Shown here: positions 50,109-59,026 of the stretch, piece by piece
Numbering within the stretch: the first letter of the stretch is position 1
How the letters are laid out: every line of letters begins with the position of its first letter
IMG/VR virus record: IMGVR_UViG_3300047442_000001
Coordinates: 1 to 64,000 of that record
Source of the DNA: a virus
DNA length: 64,000 nucleotides
Strand: one strand, 5' to 3'
Program-made: the position numbers and the translations under genes
The notes under the pieces: generated by a model
Told to the model about the DNA's origin: nothing
Databases searched by the model: none
Seen by the model: the letters and a program-made list of their open reading frames with translations, nothing else

Positions 50109-50930
50109 ATGACCACGAAACCGAAGTCTCGATCAAAGTCGAAGTCCAAGCCGCCCGTCCAGCGTCGGAAGCCGAAGTCCAAGCTCCTTCCTTCGACTTC
50201 GACCCCGGCCGCTGCCGCGCTCGAGCTCACCCGCCACGATCTCCAGTCCACGCTCACCCCGTCCGAACGTCAGATCGTCACTTCGCTCTTCGCCGAGATC
50301 CCCCGGTCCGAGATCGTTCAACTTCTCCTCCGTTCCGCGTCTCCGACCGACGTCCACCTCTTAGCCTTAGCCAACCTTCTCAGCGACCGTGACCACGGTA
50401 CCGACGACTGGTCTTCGTTGTGCCGCTTGGCCTCCATGTCTCCGAAGCAACTGTTCGACGTGGTGATCGAAGGCTACTTCAGCGAAGGCGGTCTTCGTGC
50501 CGCGCGACGTCTTCCTTCCTTAGTCGAACACTGGCTCGACCTCGGCATGGACCGGACCGCGGACTGTGCCGCGTGCGACGGCGCCGGCTTCACTTCAGTC
50601 ACCGATCAACGGACCGGCGTCGAGAAGAAGGTCATCTGCAAATTGTGCAAGAAGGGTAAGGTTCTCGTACCCGCGAACTTGGCCGCTGCCGAGTTGGCGC
50701 TGAACTCAGTCGGCTTCGGTCGGCGCGGTCCTTCGACCGCGATCCAGATCAACAACCAGGGCTCCGGTGGCAGCAACGGTCGGCTCCAACTTACACATGG
50801 TGATCTCGGCGTCCCGGACATGGCCGACTGGTCCCGAAAAACAGACGACGTTTTCGAGGAGCGCCGGCCGGTTACGTACACCGAGCCCGAGCCCAACAAA
50901 TTCACTGAAGCGGAGGTCGTCGACTCGTGA
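50109..50930 (+). CDS. hypothetical protein with basic KSKSK N-terminus and CxxCxGxG zinc-finger motif
   Basis: 273 aa; MTTKPKSRSKSKSKPP...; CAACDGAGF...CKLCKKGK. Confidence 0.55.
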   Translation: MTTKPKSRSKSKSKPPVQRRKPKSKLLPSTSTPAAAALELTRHDLQSTLTPSERQIVTSLFAEIPRSEIVQLLLRSASPTDVHLLALANLLSDRDHGTDDWSSLCRLASMSPKQLFDVVIEGYFSEGGLRAARRLPSLVEHWLDLGMDRTADCAACDGAGFTSVTDQRTGVEKKVICKLCKKGKVLVPANLAAAELALNSVGFGRRGPSTAIQINNQGSGGSNGRLQLTHGDLGVPDMADWSRKTDDVFEERRPVTYTEPEPNKFTEAEVVDS

Positions 50931-51277
50931 TCAAGCTTCCAGTGTTAGATTCCGATCACGTATGCGGTGGGGACAAACTACCGTGGGCGGATGTGTGCAA
51001 ATACGCATGGCATCCACGCCGTACGCAAAACGATCGGCACTGCCACTGTGGAGCTGCGCCCGGTTGGTGGTACAACAGCGACTGGATCAGAGACGATGAT
51101 GGTGCGGTAGCGTGTGTACTATTCATGGAGCACGCGATCGAGAGTCAAGTGTACCGTCCCGCTTCCGGTGGTGGATTCTGTTTTCGGTTCAGTGGCTATC
51201 ACTTTCAGTTTGAATACACGAATGGCAGCGTCGAGTGTGCAGTCCAGCGCATGAAAGCGGAGGTCGTACCGTCATGA
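50927..51277 (+). CDS. hypothetical Cys/Trp-rich protein (codon-usage outlier)
   Basis: 116 aa; GTG start overlaps upstream stop (GTGA). Confidence 0.5.
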   Translation: MIKLPVLDSDHVCGGDKLPWADVCKYAWHPRRTQNDRHCHCGAAPGWWYNSDWIRDDDGAVACVLFMEHAIESQVYRPASGGGFCFRFSGYHFQFEYTNGSVECAVQRMKAEVVPS

Positions 51278-51615
51278 GTTCATCGAGCCCCAGTCCAAGT
51301 TCTCCTCTCCCCGAGTTCCTCCACAATCCTTCGATCACCGGCACCCCGGTCACCGTCACCCAGCTCACGGTCGAATGCCCCTCGTGCCACCAAGGACAGT
51401 TGACGTTCACCGGCCGCTCTCGCCAGTTCGGTTCAAACAAAACCGAGACCACCCGCTACCAGCACCAGTGTTCCCATTGCGGCGTCGGCACGTTCATGTC
51501 CAAACAGTACCCGCACGTTACTTACACGCCGGGCCCTTCGGTCGCGGTCACGCCGGCTGAAGAGCCTCTTCCGTGGTCGACACCGGTCGACGACAGCAGC
51601 GGTACTTCGGTCTGA
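51274..51615 (+). CDS. zinc-ribbon protein
   Basis: Frame 51235..51615; ATG 51274 overlaps upstream stop (ATGA); CPSC...CSHC. Confidence 0.5.
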   Translation: MSSSSPSPSSPLPEFLHNPSITGTPVTVTQLTVECPSCHQGQLTFTGRSRQFGSNKTETTRYQHQCSHCGVGTFMSKQYPHVTYTPGPSVAVTPAEEPLPWSTPVDDSSGTSV

Positions 51616-51890
51616 TGACCACTTCACCCGTTCCACCGAAGTCGAAGCCGAAGACCGTAGTTGGCGCAATCATTCTTCTGGCACGGTCCTTCGCTTCGGT
51701 CGCTCACCAGCTTCGTCGCGTCGCCGACGTCGGTGAGCGCTTCGCTCTTCATCACGGTCTTCCGGAGCTAAGTACCGAAGTCGAAGTCCTCGGCTCCGCG
51801 ATCCCTTCAACCGGACCGCGGTCCGACCGCGAGATCGCTCAGGAAGAAGTCTGGTCAAACCACGAAAAGGTCGCCGATGTCCTTGGCTGA
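51615..51890 (+). CDS. hypothetical protein
   Basis: Frame 51573..51890; ATG 51615 overlaps upstream stop (TGATG). Confidence 0.45.
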   Translation: MTTSPVPPKSKPKTVVGAIILLARSFASVAHQLRRVADVGERFALHHGLPELSTEVEVLGSAIPSTGPRSDREIAQEEVWSNHEKVADVLG

Positions 51891-52092
51891 CACGTCCTCC
51901 GGCCAGTGCCCCTTGTGCCGCGGCGAACGTGTCGTCCGGCGCCGTGTCTTCAAGTCGTGCCGCCAGCGCCCGTGCCACGATCACGCGGTCCACTTCTTCA
52001 AAGTGAAGTGCTGGCTGTGCCGCGGCTCCGGTGTCGACGACTTCGTAACGCGCTCTCTTCGCTACTTCGTTCAAAGGTGGAGGTCGAAGTGA
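51877..52092 (+). CDS. small Cys-rich protein with CxxCxGxG motif
   Basis: 71 aa; CPLCRGE...CWLCRGSGV. Confidence 0.45.
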   Translation: MSLADTSSGQCPLCRGERVVRRRVFKSCRQRPCHDHAVHFFKVKCWLCRGSGVDDFVTRSLRYFVQRWRSK

Positions 52093-52403
52093 CCGACCGT
52101 GCCGCCGCTCTCGACGCTCTTCGGTCGTGGCTTCGTTCTTACTTCGGCTCTGAGCTCGATCGTCCGCGTCACCGCGTCACCTTAGCCGCCGAACGAGTCG
52201 TCGCGTGCCCAGCTCACGGTGAAGTGGTCACGTTACCTGGACAGCTCGACTGTCCTTACGAGACTTCCTTCGACTTAGCCACCGACGCTGCGACTTCGTT
52301 CAAAGTCGGCCGTCGCCACGATCCATTCGCCGACGTCCTGTCCCAGTTCCACCGTCTGCCGCATCGACCCGAGTTCGCGGTCCGCGCGATTTCCCTTGAT
52401 TAA
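52089..52403 (+). CDS. hypothetical protein
   Basis: Frame 51906..52403; GTG 52089 overlaps upstream stop (GTGA) and lies 5 nt after GGTGGAGG. Confidence 0.45.
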   Translation: MTDRAAALDALRSWLRSYFGSELDRPRHRVTLAAERVVACPAHGEVVTLPGQLDCPYETSFDLATDAATSFKVGRRHDPFADVLSQFHRLPHRPEFAVRAISLD

Positions 52404-52493
52404 CGCGCACATTCTGGTACCGTAGCTGCGGCGGTCTGAAGCCCATACCTTCGGAGCGCTGTCATGTCTGGTACCTCCTCTCCTCTGTGCGCC

Positions 52494-52523
52494 GGGGACC
52501 GGTGAAGGCGAGCACCGGTCCCC
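52494..52523 (+). promoter_or_regulatory. 11-bp perfect-stem hairpin in the gap upstream of the terminase gene
   Basis: GGGGACCGGTG-aaggcgag-CACCGGTCCCC; no U-tract follows. Confidence 0.5.
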
Positions 52524-52657
52524 ACCTCCCTTCAGCTTCGTCGCGCAACAGCACTCCGCCCCGTTCGTGCAGACACACTTTCGGGCTTCGGAAGTTTCCG
52601 CTGTGATCAAGTCCACACGTTGACTACTTCGCTCACTTCGGTGACGATGACGCGCAC

Positions 52658-54817
52658 GTGTACTCAGACTTAATCACCGGACGCCGGATCGCCAACTACG
52701 AACGCGTCTACCGAACGCGCCTTCGCGAAGTCCCCATCCAACGAGTCCGTCAACTCGTTGACTACCTCAACGGTCACCGGGACCACACTTCCAAGAAGGA
52801 AGTCTGGGTCCGTCCTCCAGTGACTCCGGAGTTCCGCGCCTTCATCGACAACGAGCTGGCGATGTGTAAAGCCAACTTCCTCTACTTCGCGCGCCGCTAC
52901 TGCTTCCTTCAACTCGATGGTGGCGACGGCGGTTACGGTCTCTTCGTTCCTTGGGAGTCGCAACTTCTGCTTCTCACGAAGATGGCTTCAGCGGAGGAAC
53001 ATATGTGGTTTCGCCGCGATTCCGGCGATCACGCGTTCGACGCCCTTTGCTACTTCATTCACAAAGCTCGTCAACTTGGTTTCACGGCTCTGGTCCAACT
53101 TCTCCTCCTTCACCGAGCACTCTTCTACTCGGGGTCTCGAACGATCACCGTGTCGCTCGACGACCAAAAGACCCAGGACGTCCACAAACGTCTCAGTGAC
53201 GCGTACGACAAACTCCCGTACTGGATGAAAGTGCCGATCCACCGTCAGGACGTAGAGCGTGGAAAGTGGCTCACAAACGGTTCCAAGCTCACCCTCCAGG
53301 ACTTCAGTCAGGAGTCGGGACTTGGTCAAGGTGAACAGTGGGACAACGCTCACTTGACCGAAGTCGCTGCGGTCCCCGACGAATACTGCCGCGTTGCGAT
53401 TCAGAATCACTTCATGCCCACGATCGCGCGTTCGCTCCGCGGCATGGCCTTCATGGAGTCCACGGCCCAGGGAATGGGCAACTGGTGGCACACCGTGTGG
53501 CAACTGGTCGTCGCTGAAGGTTTTGGACGCTGGCGTCCGATGTTCTGTCCGTGGTACGCGCAGCCGACGAAGTGGTCGCGGCCCGACGTCCCTTCGTTCT
53601 GGTCCCCGGACGCCGACACCCAAGCCCACGCGGCCAAGATCGCGCTCACCAGCGAACGGTGGATGGGTCGAGTTTACACGCCGACGCGTGAACAGTTGTA
53701 CTGGTGGGAGACTGAACGGGCGACGTACCGCGACACGCAAGGGCTGGGGATCTTCTACACCGACTACCCGGCGACGCCGGAGGAGTCGTTCCAGCATAGC
53801 GGCTCGGGCGCGTTCAACTCAGAGATCATTCAACTCCTCACCGACCGCGTCATCAGAAAGCCCACCGCGTACGTTCTCGGGAGCGTCAACTACGAGTCTT
53901 CAGCGCGGCGGCTGGACCGAAACGTCATCACCTTCGGCGACCAGTCCCTTATCCCCGTTCACATGACTGAACGCGACGAGGTCGACCCACGCGGCTTGGT
54001 CTTGGTCTTCGATCCACCGCGCAAAGACGTCTACTACTCGGTCGGCGGCGACCCGGCCGAAGGTATTCCGGGGTGGCATCCGAAGACGCGGATGTCGACG
54101 CCGGACGAACTCGGTCGCGACAACGCGGCGTTATCAGGCTGGTACGTTGACCCGATGTCGGGGCTCACGATGCAGGCGGTCGAATTCGCCGGCCCCGTGA
54201 CCCCGCGCGAGTTCGCCCTTTACGCCGCGGTCGTTGGCCGGTGGTTCGGTGGGCTCTACGGAAACGAGCGCGGAGCCCCTTTGGTCATCGAGATATATCC
54301 AGGTCCCGGCGGTCAAACGTACGCGCGGCTCGCGTATGAGCTCGGGTATAGCCACTTCTTCCAGTGGTCGACGTTCAACGGCTCCGAAATAAAGTTCACG
54401 AACTCGTTTGGGTTCTACTCGAGCCAGAAGTCCGTCCGGGAAGCTTGGATCAAAGCCAAGGACTTGATTGAACACAAAGACACGCTACCGGTTCGTCCTC
54501 AGTCACCGTACGTACTCTACGAGATGAGCTACGCGACTTGGGACCCGGTCCGGATGCGCGGTCAGGCGATGGGAGGCTTTCACGACGATCGTATTTCCGC
54601 GACTTTGTTCGCGCTGTGGCAGCTCCACAGTTGGCACCTTCCGCAGCAGGCACCCGCGCGCCAAGTAGGACCGCAGCCGGGGCAACCGGTTGAAGTTCCC
54701 GCCGACAAGGTGGACTTCCAGCTCCGCGACATCGCCACTACGGTGGAACTGAACAAAGCCTACGACGCGTGGTGGCGAAGGAGCGTGGCGTACGGAAACG
54801 GGAACGGTGGATGGTGA
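52658..54817 (+). CDS. terL: terminase large subunit
   Basis: 719 aa; GTG start; Walker A-like FIHKARQLGFT; Walker B-like DNAHLTEVAAV; size and position ahead of the portal-like gene. Confidence 0.8.
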   Translation: MYSDLITGRRIANYERVYRTRLREVPIQRVRQLVDYLNGHRDHTSKKEVWVRPPVTPEFRAFIDNELAMCKANFLYFARRYCFLQLDGGDGGYGLFVPWESQLLLLTKMASAEEHMWFRRDSGDHAFDALCYFIHKARQLGFTALVQLLLLHRALFYSGSRTITVSLDDQKTQDVHKRLSDAYDKLPYWMKVPIHRQDVERGKWLTNGSKLTLQDFSQESGLGQGEQWDNAHLTEVAAVPDEYCRVAIQNHFMPTIARSLRGMAFMESTAQGMGNWWHTVWQLVVAEGFGRWRPMFCPWYAQPTKWSRPDVPSFWSPDADTQAHAAKIALTSERWMGRVYTPTREQLYWWETERATYRDTQGLGIFYTDYPATPEESFQHSGSGAFNSEIIQLLTDRVIRKPTAYVLGSVNYESSARRLDRNVITFGDQSLIPVHMTERDEVDPRGLVLVFDPPRKDVYYSVGGDPAEGIPGWHPKTRMSTPDELGRDNAALSGWYVDPMSGLTMQAVEFAGPVTPREFALYAAVVGRWFGGLYGNERGAPLVIEIYPGPGGQTYARLAYELGYSHFFQWSTFNGSEIKFTNSFGFYSSQKSVREAWIKAKDLIEHKDTLPVRPQSPYVLYEMSYATWDPVRMRGQAMGGFHDDRISATLFALWQLHSWHLPQQAPARQVGPQPGQPVEVPADKVDFQLRDIATTVELNKAYDAWWRRSVAYGNGNGGW

Positions 54818-55093
54818 GTACCGCGACTTAGATCACCGGCTGAAGCGTCGAATTTCCCATCGCTTGCCGGTCCTTACTTCCTTCCATGCTCGCGATGGCG
54901 GACACCACGGGTTCCAAGGTGGAAGAAGGTCAATTAGTGAACTAAGTCGCTGCCACCACGTCAGCTCGACGATCACCACGGTAGCGCGGCCGAAGATGAC
55001 GTCGAGTACATCTCTCCTTAGCTCTTCGTCTTCGGCTTCGTTCACGCGGCGGAGTCTACACCCACCGGATGGATCGTGAATGTAGTAAACAAG

Positions 55094-55123
55094 TTGACTT
55101 TCATCTAGTCAATGCCCGATCAT
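55094..55123 (+). promoter_or_regulatory. promoter TTGACT-N18-GATCAT, leaderless geometry; TTGAC-N9-GTCAA inverted repeat at 55094-55112
   Basis: The -10 box ends 7 nt before ATG 55131; no SD. Confidence 0.45.
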
Positions 55124-55130
55124 CCGCAGC

Positions 55131-56000
55131 ATGGGACGTCCGAAACGCCACCGTGGCAAGTCCACTTCATCTTCGTCTTCGGTTGCTGCCGAGCCCACTT
55201 CACCTTCGTCTTCGGCGTCACCGGGTCCGAAGCCGAAGCCCGGTCTGAGTCTCCAGGCGAAGTTGAACAAAGCGGTCGCCGAGTCGCGTCACCTTCAGAT
55301 CCGCGGTCCCGAGCCCCCAACGACCGAGCCCGCGTCCACTCCCGAAGTGCCCACCTCGGCGACCGAAGAGATCCACATTCCCATCGACCCGTCCGATGCC
55401 GAAGAGTACGAGCTTCAGTCGTCCGAAGCCGAAGCCTTCGACGACGCGCCCGAAGAGTTCGATCACGCCAAGTTCTTCGACACCCCGGAGCCTGACAGTC
55501 GACAGAAACCGCAACGTTCACCGAGACCTCAGTCCCAGTCCCAGTCGCCGGCCTCGACCGAAGCGATCCAGACGATGGTCGACCGCGGCTACCGCGGCGG
55601 CGTCTTCGTTTCTTTGTCCGAAGACATAGTTCGTCGCTATCAGTCCCAAGCCGCCGCCGCCGGAGTCGACCTTCCTTCGTTCCTTGCGGCGCGCCTGTCG
55701 CGCTGCGTCGACCACGTTTCAGCGCGCGGTCTGTGGATCGACGACATGGCCATCCGCGACTTGGCACCCATCCTTAACTCTGCGCTTATGGACACCCGGT
55801 CCTTGGTCGGCGCGGTCAAAGGTCTGGTCCAAGTTCGCGTCAAAGGTCACAGCGGCGTTGATGAGATCGAGTCCCCTGTCGAGTTCTACATCGACCGCGA
55901 GCTCGCCAACCGCATCGCCATGGGCGCACGCTCCGGGGTCACCTTTGAACAAGTCCTCATTCAGTCTTCAATCTGGGGAATCAAGACGAGGGGCTGCTAG
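55131..56000 (+). CDS. hypothetical protein with long disordered Ser/Pro/Glu-rich N-terminal half
   Basis: 289-aa ORF. Confidence 0.55.
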   Translation: MGRPKRHRGKSTSSSSSVAAEPTSPSSSASPGPKPKPGLSLQAKLNKAVAESRHLQIRGPEPPTTEPASTPEVPTSATEEIHIPIDPSDAEEYELQSSEAEAFDDAPEEFDHAKFFDTPEPDSRQKPQRSPRPQSQSQSPASTEAIQTMVDRGYRGGVFVSLSEDIVRRYQSQAAAAGVDLPSFLAARLSRCVDHVSARGLWIDDMAIRDLAPILNSALMDTRSLVGAVKGLVQVRVKGHSGVDEIESPVEFYIDRELANRIAMGARSGVTFEQVLIQSSIWGIKTRGC

Positions 56001-56002
56001 CT

Positions 56003-56719
56003 ATGTCGAGACCCAACTGTGTAGTCATCGAAGGTGCTAACGGAATCGAATGGGGACCGCACGCTGCCGATTTCAATTCGGACGGCGTTCACGTGTGCCT
56101 CTACCACATTCCTTGCGTGCTCAAGGAGGGGACTACGTGGACTCTGGTCAATCTCCAAGTCCCACAGTTCGCTCTGTGCGACCGGTGTGGTGCTTCGGTC
56201 GAACGTCTGGTCGACGTCGACTTCAGCGGCGATCCCACGGTCCCCTTCTGCGCCTTCTGTCCTTCGATCGAGCGGTCCACGTTCCGGAGCGCCAACGCTC
56301 AAGTGTCCGACGCCGAAGCCACCGTCGTTGCCTTCAATCCCCGCACGGGCGACGTGGTGAACTTCGCGATGCGTAACGATCAGCCGATACCTTCAGACTT
56401 AGCCTCCAGCGGTTACGAACCCGTGCGACTGAAGCACTTCCGCCAAGTCGAACAGGTGGCTCGAGCGATGGGCGCACGGTCCGGTCGACAGGTGATTGCG
56501 GGGATCGAGACCGACAACCCGGAAGGAGTCGACGGCGACCGGTCCTTCGCTCGCGCGCGCCGCGAGCACGAAGCCCGAGTCGACGCGGCTAACCGTCAGG
56601 CCCTCGATGCTTCGCGTGAAGTTCGCCGCCGCGGAATCAAGCTTGATAAGCTCAGTTCCGAACAGCGATCAGAGATGGCCGTGGCCATCAATGAAGGCCG
56701 TGTAAGGCACAATCGCTGA
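56003..56719 (+). CDS. hypothetical protein
   Basis: 238-aa ORF. Confidence 0.55.
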   Translation: MSRPNCVVIEGANGIEWGPHAADFNSDGVHVCLYHIPCVLKEGTTWTLVNLQVPQFALCDRCGASVERLVDVDFSGDPTVPFCAFCPSIERSTFRSANAQVSDAEATVVAFNPRTGDVVNFAMRNDQPIPSDLASSGYEPVRLKHFRQVEQVARAMGARSGRQVIAGIETDNPEGVDGDRSFARARREHEARVDAANRQALDASREVRRRGIKLDKLSSEQRSEMAVAINEGRVRHNR

Positions 56720-58653
56720 TGGCGTTCGCCGAGTCGCCGCCGCAGCCTGAAGACTCCGGCTACGGTCCGCGCGGCCGGAACATGCTGGGCTTCTGCTCCG
56801 AGATGCTTCAGGAGGCGCAGAAAGTCGTTCGGTCGTGTCAAGGCTACTCGAACATCGTGCCGACGATGCAGGCCATCGCCGGAGCCAATACGTCTTCGGT
56901 CTTAGTCCCCACTGACCGTTCCCAGACGTTCGTCAACGAGATCGGCCGCAACCACGAAACGCTCCACGCCCACATGACCGACACCAAGCCTTCGGTCGAG
57001 TTCCGCACCAAGAACTCAGCCTACCAAGGTCACGCGAAGGACTTCGGCGGCATGTGGAACGTGTGGTACCTCAACCGGGCCATCGACCACAAATTCGGTT
57101 CGGTAGTCGACTACGCTTCGGTCGCCGGCTCCGGCTACGCTCATCAGCAGTGGAACAAAGCAATCAACGATTTGGACGTGGTGGCGTTCGACGGCCGGGA
57201 CTTCCTTCCTGTGAACCCCTTCGACGACACTGTTCAAAGTTGCTGGGGAGGCTTCCTTCGCCGCTTCGTTCCGCTGCCGTGGGCTCAGTCGATGTTCCCG
57301 CACATGGCGGCGCAGCTCGAGGCTGACGCTACCTACGAGCCGGCGACGGGGCTTCCTGAATTCGACCGCAACAAGGTGCTGTCGAAAGCTGACCGTGGTG
57401 CTCCCTTCTTCTCTTCTATGGCGAACACCGAAGCCGAAGAGCGAAGGAGCCAAGGAATCCGCGGAGTTCACCTGTACTGGTTCTACTTCAACGATCCCAC
57501 GGTCAACGATTCGTCCGACGTCATGTACGTCGGCGACTGGGAGAAGTCGGACAGTGGTTCCGGCTACGAAGCCCTGACCAACTATTCGTACCGTGTGAAG
57601 CCCAACCTTCCGGTGTACCCCAGAAAGCGGCTGGTGGTTCATTCAAAGACCGCCCTGTGCTACGACGGCCCGAATCACTACTGGCACGGGATGTTCCCCG
57701 TGTCCAAGTACACGATGATCCCGCTTCCGTGGTCATGGCTCGGGATGTCTCCGCTCTGGGACTGCCTTCCGCTTCAGGAGTCTCTTACCTTCGCTCTTCG
57801 CGTGCACGACGACCACGTTCGCAAGCTCACCCGTCCCCCGGTCCATGGCGGCCGCAATACGGCCGACGACGACCTTCGCAAACTTAGCGAGATGATCGCG
57901 CTGCCTGGTGCGTTCTGGAAGAACATGATGCCCGACGAGATCGGGATCGAAGTGATTCCTCCACTTGACGCTGCGGTCCCGTGGCAGATCGACTACTGCA
58001 CCCGCAAGATTGCCGAGCGCATGGGCGTGGATGCGGTCGGAGCGCTCATGGAAAAGCTCCAAGTTCCGGCCGCGGACACTTCGGACCAGTTGATGTTCGA
58101 AGGCGGCGCGTCGATGCGTCTGCGTTCGCGGCACTTGGAACGCTTCTACCGCGAACAGGGCCGCATGTTCGCGTTCAACTCGTCGCAGTTCTTCAGTGTG
58201 GGAAAGAAGTTTCGCATGATCGGTGGTGAGTCGCTCAAGCCGCAGGACTACATGGACGACACCACGTCCATCGTTCCACGTTCTGACGATGACGACCGCG
58301 ATCCGGTCGAAATCGGGACCGAGTGGGCGGATCAGTTTGATTTCTACGTTGCACAGTCTTCGCTGCTTCGCTCCGCTGCCTTAGCCGAAGTCGCAACCGC
58401 AATGGCGGCAATCCGTCTGGGCGCCATCGACCGGAGAACGTTCCTTGAGAAGCTTGACTACCAGAACGTGGAAGAGATCATGACTCGCGTCCGTGCCGAG
58501 ATGCAGGAGAAGGTAGAGATGGCCGCCGCTGTCAAAGGTGCCGGCGACCAAGTCGGTGGCATCAGACCGCTGGGCGGTGACCCGCGCGGACGCGACGCCA
58601 CGGGCACCGGAGCCCCGAGCCTCGGTGGCGACGGCTACGTTCGCAACCAGTGA
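56719..58653 (+). CDS. portal protein (putative)
   Basis: 644 aa; TGATG coupling; size and position in the terL block; no motif-level proof. Confidence 0.5.
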   Translation: MAFAESPPQPEDSGYGPRGRNMLGFCSEMLQEAQKVVRSCQGYSNIVPTMQAIAGANTSSVLVPTDRSQTFVNEIGRNHETLHAHMTDTKPSVEFRTKNSAYQGHAKDFGGMWNVWYLNRAIDHKFGSVVDYASVAGSGYAHQQWNKAINDLDVVAFDGRDFLPVNPFDDTVQSCWGGFLRRFVPLPWAQSMFPHMAAQLEADATYEPATGLPEFDRNKVLSKADRGAPFFSSMANTEAEERRSQGIRGVHLYWFYFNDPTVNDSSDVMYVGDWEKSDSGSGYEALTNYSYRVKPNLPVYPRKRLVVHSKTALCYDGPNHYWHGMFPVSKYTMIPLPWSWLGMSPLWDCLPLQESLTFALRVHDDHVRKLTRPPVHGGRNTADDDLRKLSEMIALPGAFWKNMMPDEIGIEVIPPLDAAVPWQIDYCTRKIAERMGVDAVGALMEKLQVPAADTSDQLMFEGGASMRLRSRHLERFYREQGRMFAFNSSQFFSVGKKFRMIGGESLKPQDYMDDTTSIVPRSDDDDRDPVEIGTEWADQFDFYVAQSSLLRSAALAEVATAMAAIRLGAIDRRTFLEKLDYQNVEEIMTRVRAEMQEKVEMAAAVKGAGDQVGGIRPLGGDPRGRDATGTGAPSLGGDGYVRNQ

Positions 58654-58703
58654 TCATCTGAGATCACCGCAGTCCGAGTTCAAGTTCAAAGGAGTCTCAA
58701 GTC

Positions 58704-59015
58704 ATGGCCTTCAAATCAACATCGGCAGCTTCAACCGCGGTCGACACGGCCAAGTCCCTCTACGAGCTCACCGGGGTCGACATGTTCTTCCATCTGGCTT
58801 TCTTCACAATCGACGACGCTGCCACAGGAACAGTAGCGGTGGGTGGGATCGACGTGAAGATCGCCACGAAGAAAGGTACGCCACTTCAGCCTGGACAGAC
58901 TCACCAGTGGCCCGGGACTACAGCTCCGGGTCCGTACCACACCAAACAGACGTACCTTGCGTTTGAAGTGAACGCCGCCACTGAAGCGGTGTGGATCAAC
59001 CTGCTACCGACGTGA
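58704..59015 (+). CDS. hypothetical small virion-module protein
   Basis: 103 aa; AAAGGAG RBS. Confidence 0.5.
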   Translation: MAFKSTSAASTAVDTAKSLYELTGVDMFFHLAFFTIDDAATGTVAVGGIDVKIATKKGTPLQPGQTHQWPGTTAPGPYHTKQTYLAFEVNAATEAVWINLLPT

Positions 59016-59026
59016 GGATCGAATCG

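Noticed and set aside
50109-50930. Small terminase subunit assignment
   Set aside because: The only supports are a basic N-terminus and a position upstream of terL. Five genes intervene and no motif supports it, so it is left as hypothetical.
54833-55045. 70-aa antisense ORF in the 313-nt gap after terL (also 54807..55079 +)
   Set aside because: It has a GTG start without an RBS, a Trp/Pro-rich tail, and the opposite orientation to the whole arm. The gap itself is real and ends in the 55094 promoter.
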